This document shows positions 54,362 through 64,000 of a DNA stretch of 64,000 nt, one piece after another (position 1 is the first letter of the stretch; every line of letters begins with the position of its first letter). A program made the position numbers and the translations under genes. The notes beneath the pieces were generated by a model, which saw only the letters and a program-made list of their open reading frames with translations, was not told the DNA's origin and did not search any database. This DNA comes from Eledone cirrhosa (Eukaryota): positions 17,236,001-17,300,000 of the forward strand of contig OZ024756.1 of the NCBI GenBank assembly GCA_964016885.1. Reading direction: 5' to 3'.

Positions 54362-54893
54362 TATCATCATCATCATCATCATCAGGTTTAGCGTCCGTGT
54401 TCCACGCTTGCATGGGTTTGGACGGGGGTTTTCCCACTTGAGGCAAGAGTGGTTGTCTTGCTCGCATAGGACTGTCTGGCGGGTTTTCTACAGTTGGATG
54501 CCCTTCCTAACACCAACCACATTTACAGTGTGGGGCTGGGAGGTTTTTACCATGTTGCCTACACGGCCACATTACAGCGTGGACTGTCTGGCGGGTTTTC
54601 TACAGCTGGATGCCCTTCCTAACACCAACCACATTTACAGTGTGGGCCTGGGAGGTTTTTACCGTGTTGCCTACACGGCCACATTTACAGCGTGGACTGT
54701 CTGGCGGGTTTTCTACAGCTGGATGCCCTTCCTAACACCAACCACATTTACAGTGTGGGGCTGGGAGGTTTTTACCGTGTTGCCTACACGGCCACATTTA
54801 CAGTGTGGGGCTGGGAGGTTTTTACCGTGTTGCCTACACGGCCACATTTACAGCGTGGACTGTGTGTTTTTTGTCGTGACACCTACACGATCT
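54362..54893 (-). mobile_element. RTE 3'UTR with internal tandem duplications of about 110 bp
   Basis: Reverse complement of 28905-29160, with a (CAT)n tail at 54362. Confidence 0.88.
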
Positions 54894-54918
54894 CATTTAT
54901 ATATATATATATATATAT

Positions 54919-54949
<31 letters not shown>

Positions 54950-54988
54950 AATATACACACATATATATATATATATATATATAAATAT

Positions 54989-55027
<39 letters not shown>

Positions 55028-55094
55028 TACACACACATATATATATATATATATATAAATATACACACATATATATATATATATATATAAATAT

Positions 55095-55133
<39 letters not shown>

Positions 55134-55145
55134 CATATTACACAT

Positions 55146-55178
<33 letters not shown>

Positions 55179-55199
55179 CATATACATATATACACACAT

Positions 55200-55232
<33 letters not shown>

Positions 55233-55500
55233 CATACACATATATATATACACATATATACATACACATAAATACATAAATATATATACATATATATATA
55301 TATATATACATACATATATACATACATAGTATATACATACATATGTATACACATATATATATAGATATATACATATATATATATACATATATATATATAC
55401 ATATATATATACACATATATATATATATACACATATATATATATACACATATATATATATATATACACATATATATATATATACACATATATATATATAT

Positions 55501-55539
<39 letters not shown>

Positions 55540-55706
55540 GATATATATATATACACATATAGATATATATATATACACATAGATATACATATATATATAT
55601 ACACACATATATATATATACACATACATATATACACATACATATATATATATATATATAAGTATACATATATATATATATATATACATATATATATACAT
55701 ATACAT

Positions 55707-55737
<31 letters not shown>

Positions 55738-55782
55738 CATACATTTCCATATATATATATACATATACACATATATATATAC

Positions 55783-55817
<35 letters not shown>

Positions 55818-56301
55818 CACATATATATATACACACATATATATATATACACATATATATATATATACGCATATATATATATATACACATATATATACAC
55901 ATATATATATATACATATATACATATATAGATATATATATATACATATATATATACACACATATATATACATACATATATACACACAGATATATATATAT
56001 ATATACATATAACAAGCAGGGAAAAGCGAACGTAAAATGATCATGATATATATATACACTTAGATATATACACATACATACATATATATATATATATATA
56101 CACATACATATATACATATACATACATACATGCATACATACATATATATATATGTGTATATATAATATTTAGTTAATTCTAAATGAAATATTTAGAATCA
56201 TTTCTACTTCATATATATGTTACCTTTGATTCTGTCTCCCTCCCTCCCTCTCTTGAATGAAAAAACGATTCACTTTACATGTGTGTGTTTTTGAATATAT
56301 G

Positions 56302-56337
<36 letters not shown>

Positions 56338-56407
56338 AAATATTTATACTCAGCTTTGTATTGAGTACCTTCGTTATAGTGGTTGCCCCCGATTGAACCT
56401 GGGATAA

Positions 56408-56456
<49 letters not shown>

Positions 56457-56826
56457 TGTGTGTGCGTGTGCATTTCATGCCTCCGTATGTGTATGTATAT
56501 ATATATATATATATATATTTGAAGATTCAAAAAAAGACACATATATATACACATATAGAGAACTATATATACATAAATATATATATATATATACATATAT
56601 AAATAAATATATATATATATATATATATTTGAAGATTCAAAAAAAGACATACATATATACACATATAGAGAACTATATATACATAAATATATACATATAT
56701 AAATAAATATATATATATATATATATATACATCTACATATATATAAATATATATTTATACCTACATATATATATATATATTTTTACACACATATACACAC
56801 CCACATATACACACACACGTATACAA

Positions 56827-56887
<61 letters not shown>

Positions 56888-56939
56888 GATAGATACATAC
56901 ATACATACATACACACATATTTATATATATATATATATA

Positions 56940-57129
56940 CGAGATGGTGCTGCAGAGGCCTGTTTGGAGAACCAACCTACCTAGTTCTTATTACAGGGCT
57001 TAGAAAAACGGAAGGACTGCAGCAATAATTGTGTGAACGTGAGAGAGAAATACGTTGAATAAAATCAGAATTAACTGATGCTCCTGTATTTTCTTTCACT
57101 CAAATCCAAGAACTTTTAGCACCCTCTCG
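56940..57129 (+). mobile_element. Internally deleted mariner relic
   Basis: Ends CGAGATGGTGCTG / TTTTAGCACCCTCTCG. Retains a transposase-like C-terminus ([10 protein letters not shown]). Confidence 0.55.
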
Positions 57130-57579
57130 TTCATATATATATATACACACATTCACATACACATATATACATACATACTTATATACACCCATATGCATAC
57201 ATACACACACACACATATATATATGCATATATACATACATACATATATATATATATGCATATATACATACATACATATATATATATATGCATATATACAT
57301 ACATATATATACACATACACACACATATATGCATATATATATATATACACACACACACATATATGCATATATATATATACACACACATATGCATATATAT
57401 ATATACACACACATATGCATATATATATATATATACATACACATATATATATACATACACATATATATATACATACACACATACATAAATATACACATAC
57501 ACACACATATATACACGCATACATATATATACACACATACATATATATACACACACACACATATATATATACACACATG

Positions 57580-57619
<40 letters not shown>

Positions 57620-57833
57620 CACTTAAAATAGATACGTATTTTCTGATTTATTATTGAGTAACTTTTTCTTTTGTTTGTAAACCGTAACGCACGTATATAT
57701 ATATATATATATATGCATGTGTGTGTAAAATCAATCTGTGTGGGTGTGTGACTAGTGCGTGAATGTATATAACTATGCGTTTGTAAATATAGATATGTGT
57801 AATATGCATATATGAAATTGTTAATGAACTAAA

Positions 57834-57915
<82 letters not shown>

Positions 57916-58255
57916 AGGTGTATGTGTGTGTAGGTAGTATGTCTAAATGTATCTCTCTATCCATCTGTGTGTGTGAATATATACAACATATATGCAGTGA
58001 TGTATGTATGCATCACTCAGTGATCAATATATGTGACACTAGACACACAGGCGTATAATATAATATATATACAGAGAGATTTGAACGCATCTGTGTATCT
58101 CATTTTAGAGACAAACTATACACACAAGTAAACTCTATATACACTTGAACATACACTCACGCCCTATAGATATGCAATCTCAACATACATACCTACACAA
58201 AGAATCTTCACACTCAATCGTAGTAGAGTTCGTAGTGTATAAATATTCATCACTG

Positions 58256-58292
<37 letters not shown>

Positions 58293-58412
58293 TATATATA
58301 TATATATATATTTACTATGTATATATATATATATATATATATTTAGTTCTAAATAGAAAAGACAAACACACATGCACACACACACACACACAGAGACATA
58401 CTTATAAGTATA

Positions 58413-58449
<37 letters not shown>

Positions 58450-58565
58450 ATATATATATACGTACACAGCCCCTCCTACACCGTCACAAATATAAATATG
58501 AGGTATAATCATAGAATAGAATTTTTAAATAACATATAATTGTATTGCAAAGTGGAGATTTTAGA

Positions 58566-58620
<55 letters not shown>

Positions 58621-58829
58621 ATATATAAATATATATATGTGAGTATGTGTATATATATAAATATATGTGTATATATATATATATTTAAATATATATATAT
58701 ATATATATACACTGGATTGACTCATAACTAATGTATAAACAGTTGTACCCACACACAACTGTGTATGTGTAGTAGTAACATAGTAGTAGCACTGACACAA
58801 ACATATACGATTGTGTGAGTGAGTGTGTG

Positions 58830-58885
<56 letters not shown>

Positions 58886-58930
58886 AATATTTGTGTGTGT
58901 GTGTGTGTGTGTATAAAGGTCGGTGCTTAC

Positions 58931-59240
58931 CTTTCGGTTGGTCAGAAGTTGACGCCGAGAAGGAAGAGAGACTGTTCGACCCATTACCATCCTGTGAGAC
59001 TAGCACTTGTAGTAATACTACTACTACTACTAATACTAGTTGTAGTAGTCTTCTTCTTCCAGTAACAGAGAAGAGAGGGCAACCGTAGTAACGGCAGCAA
59101 ATAGAACAGCCGTAGTTGTAGTAGTAGTAGTAGTGGTGGTGGTGATTGTTGTAGTAGTAATAGTAGTTAGGTTTGTAATCGTTTTTCAAATGGTTATGAT
59201 GATGGGTTATGTCACTGAATAGAACAGCCGTGGCTGCGGC
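58931..59240 (-). CDS. Candidate host-gene exon with signal-peptide-like segment
   Basis: RRRLLQLVLVVVVVLLQVLVSQDG..DQPK followed by donor AAG|GTAAGC at 58931/58930. No unobstructed in-frame ATG was found. Confidence 0.35.
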
Positions 59241-60241
59241 TGTGGGTTTTTGTTTTTCTTGTTATGTTTTGTTTTGTTTTGTTTTGTGTGTGCTTATTGT
59301 TATATTATTTTTAATTTTCATTTGTGTTTTCATTATTCCTTCGGAATAAATGAGGTAAAGAATGATGATGTGTAAAATAATAGCAATAGTAGTAGTTGTA
59401 GTAGTAGTAGAAGTTGTGATGATGGTGGTGTCTAGGGCGGTGGTTGTTGTTGGTGGTGGTGTTAGGTGGTGGTGGCGGTGGCGGTTTAGGTGTAAGCAAC
59501 ATTGCTTTCTGTGGGTGGGGATGGGGTCGGTAGGTGGTGGTGGTGGTGGTAGTAGTAGTAGTTCTGCTGACCGTAGTGTTTATTGATGTTGGCGAGAATG
59601 TTAGAAGTGACAGTCGATAGAACAGCCAAAGCAGCAGTCATCAACAGTCGTAGTAGTGGTAGTAGTACTATTTGTAGTCGTAATAGTGGTTGTAGTAGTA
59701 GCGGTGTTAGTGGTAGTAGCAGTAGTTGTAGTGGAAGTAGTATTTGTAGTAGTTGTCGTAGTTGTGGCTGTACTAGTAGTTGTAGTAGTGATTGCAATTG
59801 AAACCAGTGTTGCTGCTGTTGTTGCTAGTGGTATTTACAGCAGCAGTTGCTGTAGTTATAGTCGTTGTTGTTATCGTAATTGTAGCTATAGTAGTAGCAG
59901 TGGCAATGAATAGAAGAGCGAAGCAACAGCAGCAGTAGTAATTGTAGTAAATAGGTTTGCTCGTTGCTCAAAGTAGTGTCAGTAATGGCTAGAGGAGAGA
60001 AACGAAGCAACCATATATACACAAGAGGTGTATATATATATATATCTTTTTTATATATATATATATGCTAGTGGCGCTTTTGTATTGTATTCTATGTTCG
60101 GCCCTTGTGGCCAATAATAAAGAAAACATATTTTATCAGTAACGACACTAAACAGAACAGCATCTGGACGAGAATGGAGGTGGTTATGGGGGGGGGCAGC
60201 AGTTGTAACTGTAGTTGTAGTGACTGATTTTAGTGATAAAC

Positions 60242-60277
<36 letters not shown>

Positions 60278-61029
60278 ATAGTAGTAGTAGTAGTAGTAGT
60301 AGTAATAATAGTAGTAGTGTTGCTGGTGGTAGTAAATTGTGATGATAAACGTAGTTGTGGTTGGTGGTGTCGATATGGTAGCAATAGTAGTAGCAGTGGT
60401 GGTAGTAATTGTGTTGATTAACTTAGTAGTAGCAGGGGTGGTGGTAGTAACTGGTGATTAACATAGTAGTAGCAGTGGTGGTAGTAACAGTGTTGATTAA
60501 CTTAGTAGTAATAGTAGTAGCAGTAGTAGCAGTGGTGGTGGTGGCAACAGTGGTGATTAACGTAGTAGTAGTAGTAGTAGCTGTGGTGATGGTGGTAAGA
60601 GTGTTGAATAACGTAGTAGTAGCAGTGGTGGTGGTAGTAACAGTGGTGATTAACGTAGCAGTAGTAGTAGTGGTGGTAGTAACAGTGTTGATTAACGTAG
60701 TAGCAGTAGTAGCAGTGGTGGTGGTGGTGGTGGTAGTAACAGTGGTGATTAATGTAGTAGTAGCAGTGGTGGTAGTAATGTTGACGAATATTTAGGTGTT
60801 GTCCCATCACTAGAGTGACGTCATGCGTTGTCGTCGTCGTCGACGTGGTAATGGCGATGGTATTTTATTTTGTTTAATTCGGAAATGACGTTATTGATGA
60901 TGGTGATGATGATGATGAAAAGAATGAAGACAATTGCGATCCAGTAGTAGCACGCGCACACGCGCGGGATCAACGTACTACTATTACTCCCATATCCTGT
61001 AGTAGTAGTATTAGTAGTAGTAGTAGTAT

Positions 61030-61070
<41 letters not shown>
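59010..61070. repeat. Mosaic of GTA/GTG/GCA trinucleotide repeats and a derived minisatellite
   Basis: (GTA)n and (GTG)n, with recurring GTAACAGTGGTGATTAACGTA units at 60440-60790. Confidence 0.9.
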
Positions 61071-61587
61071 TGTGTGTGACAGTACTGAACAACTGTACTG
61101 TCAGCCAACCAGCAAATAGGAAACATGTGAACGAGGAGGCAGAGGCGGAGAGGGATATCGAATGACCAATCAGAGATAGACTTACATCTGCACATTCGAC
61201 GAAGCAGCATAACTAAGTCGTCGGTGTGTGTGCGTATGGGTGAGAACATTAGTGGGAAGCGCTAGGACGATAGTAGTAGCAGGTGGAGGTATAGTAACAA
61301 TTGGGGTAGCAGCAGCAGCTGAGCTCATCACATAAGTTACATGTGCAAATGTATAAATATATATATACACACAGACATACACATGTATATTTATATATAT
61401 ATATATATATTACTGCGTGTTTGTATATTTGTGTGTGCGTTGTGGCTATGTCACTTGGTAGATCTCTTGTGCCTATGTCGGTCTGTTATGTTTACCTATA
61501 GTTTTCTGTGTGTGTATGTGTAGCTATGTATGATGTACCTCTTCTCCACAAACATTCGGAAGGCCTTTCGCTGTGAATTTTAATGTT

Positions 61588-62065
61588 GGACGATCGTCAC
61601 AACCTTAAAATTTATAGCGAAAGGACTTCCAAATATTTTTCGTAAACATCTTGTACATTATTAAACATACAATATGTATATTGCTATGTTGGAGCACCAA
61701 TACAAATTTTTAATTTATGCCGGGCCGCCTACCGCTCCGTATGCAAATGAGTTTCATCAGTTTATAAAACATACGCAGATTTCTATAAGAATCCAGCTTA
61801 GTTTAGTTTTAGCAAAGGCGCTGAGACATGTAGTCTTGATAAACACTTATAAGTCAGGAACGGTGACGTCGTCGATTACTTCCCCCTGCTTTTGCTGAAG
61901 CTAGGAATTTGGCGATCGTCACAACCTCAAAATTCATAGCGAAACTCCTTCCAAATGTTTTTCATAAACATCATGTATTTCATTAAATATACAGCACGTA
62001 CATTCATGTGTATGTCGTTGTGTCGGAGCACCAATATATATATATATATATATATTGGTGCTCCG

Positions 62066-62068
<3 letters not shown>
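61588..62068 (+). repeat. Diverged tandem repeat of about 325 bp with octamer and decayed hammerhead
   Basis: CGATCGTCACAACCT.AAAATT.ATAGCGAAA at 61591 and 61913. ATGCAAAT at 61741 and an HHR-like fold at 61830-61879. Confidence 0.65.
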
Positions 62069-62122
<54 letters not shown>

Positions 62123-62903
62123 TACATACATACATACATACATACATACATACATACATACATACATACATACATACATACATACATACATTTCTTTTCT
62201 TTTACAAGCTTGCCACCAGGAAGGTGGCCGGTCAAAAAAATATACTCGAAATTAAGAGAAAGAGATACATAGATACATACATACATGGTGGCTGCCAACT
62301 CGTTTTCGAGTACGGCCACTACTTTATATCCATGTAGGAGAACCCCTACTAATACGCTGAACGAGTGTGACTTTTTAGTCCAGCCAGCGACTTGAAAACT
62401 GGTACAAACACTACACTTGTGACAATTATTGACACATAGTACTAGGCCCATGGTACCATATGACGACAAGTGCAGAGAGATCTCCAGATATAAAGCAATG
62501 CCTGTGTCGTGAAACTTTTATAGTGAGCAAAGGCACTGCACAAAGCCAGTCCCACTCTCTTAACCAAGATGATATTTACCAAAAAGAAGAACAAGTCAAC
62601 ATCATTGGATAGTATCAGGGTTGCAGGTGTTATATCAGAGTTTTCCTTCTCCTAGAATTCTGCCTTGACAAAGGCTAAGGGGTCATCTCTCCCGGTGATT
62701 TTGGATGGCCATTGACTCTTAAGAGCTCCTTTGCCCTTTGACAGGTTTTGTTTTTAGTCCGGCAGGATGTCCAAAGTCACCCTCCTCACCAAGAAATCTT
62801 GGTGGGGTTGCCAGTTTAGTCGCCAACGACCCGACCATGAGACAGGTTGTACTGGGATACATGTTATGGGATACATACATACATACATACATACATACAT
62901 ACA

Positions 62904-62934
<31 letters not shown>

Positions 62935-63069
62935 GCGTGTGTGCATTATACATCTTCGGCTTGACTTCGCAATTCCATGTATGCATGTATGTATGCATGC
63001 ATGTATGTATGCATGCATGTATGCATGTATGCATGCATGTGTGTGTGTGCGTATGTATGTATATGTGTG

Positions 63070-64000
63070 TCATCATCATCGTTTTACGTCCGTTTTTCCA
63101 AGCTTAAACGGGTTGGACGGTTCTTCATCACGGCACCTCTCCACTCGTACCTTCCTTCATTATCGCCTCTGTGTCTCAGTGATTAGAGGTCAGCATTCTC
63201 AACCTCAGATCTTTCTTGGTCTACCTTTATTGCGGCTTCCTTCCACTGTCCATGTGCATCACATGTCCATACCAACGCAGTCTTCTCGTCCTGCACACCA
63301 CGTCAGAATCCTCTTAAGCCCAGCCTTTCCCTCAACTCGTCCAAGCTCTACTTTTCTCTCACACTTACTTTGCACATCCAACGGAACATGGTGGCCTCAT
63401 TTCTTTCCAGTCTACGCACTTCTCACACAAACGTCATACAGTTGTCCTATTGTACATAGGGTGAAACCTTTTGTGGTCAATAGAAGGAGTAGCTCTCTTC
63501 TTCCATTCTATCCTTATTTTAGCTATTATGGTCTCATAGCCCCCTCCTCCGTTGCTGATTACGTCACCTAGATAGCAGAAGCAATCAACCACTTCTATGG
63601 GTCCTTCCTGTGACTGGAATAGGTTTATCCTTGTGCATCTTCCACATACAAAGTGTTCCCTTCTTGTTACTCTACCCATTGTCCCACTACGTCTCTTGTG
63701 TACCCAAGATTTACATTGTGTGCATCGAATAGAGTTTATACCTACCCCCTTTCTATATATTGAGGAGGGCCATTTACCTGAAGGAATCGGGGTCCTATCT
63801 TCTCTCCTACTCACTAATATTTTAGTTTTGGCTAAGTTTACTCTCAGACGTTTTGATTCCAAATTCTGTTTCCATAGTCGGAATTAATTTTCTAGTTCTT
63901 TAACTGATCCTGCTATAAGGACCAGATCATCTGCATAGAGAAGGTCCATGGGCATCCTGTCTTAAACTCCTTTGTTATAGCCTGGAGAACTATAATGAAT
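63070..64000 (-). pseudogene. Degraded RTE LINE 3' part
   Basis: YADD region, SGKWP..RKGVGINSIRCTQCKSWVHKR and VVDCFCYLGD, with a (CAT)n tail at 63070. Confidence 0.88.

Larger units (their letters stand above)
50178..58915. repeat. Degenerate TA/CA microsatellite field with small insertions
   Basis: Direct inspection. Confidence 0.93.

Overview
AT-rich eukaryotic DNA, probably from an octopod cephalopod (inferred from recalled SINE families). About half the window is degenerate (TA/TATG/CATA)n microsatellite, and nearly all long 'YIYI' ORFs are artefacts of it. The rest is mobile DNA: tRNA-derived SINEs, RTE LINEs (one with a 690-aa ORF carrying a PHD-like finger), a CR1-like LINE fragment, mariner and hAT elements, and several Penelope-like element (PLE) families. 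One near-intact RT+GIY-YIG PLE forms a 6.8-kb inverted structure (41879-48650). The main hidden signal is a set of type I hammerhead ribozymes (HHRs). Three sit in a near-perfect 466-bp tandem array (32832-34348), each downstream of an ATGCAAAT octamer: a candidate retrozyme or satellite-2-like circular-RNA system. An older octamer+HHR repeat lies at about 61.6-62.07 kb, and further HHRs occur at PLE termini, two with the compensatory U3-A8 core. A possible host exon with a strong minus-strand splice donor at 58931/58930 would make most of the window intronic. All calls were made by eye, without database searches.
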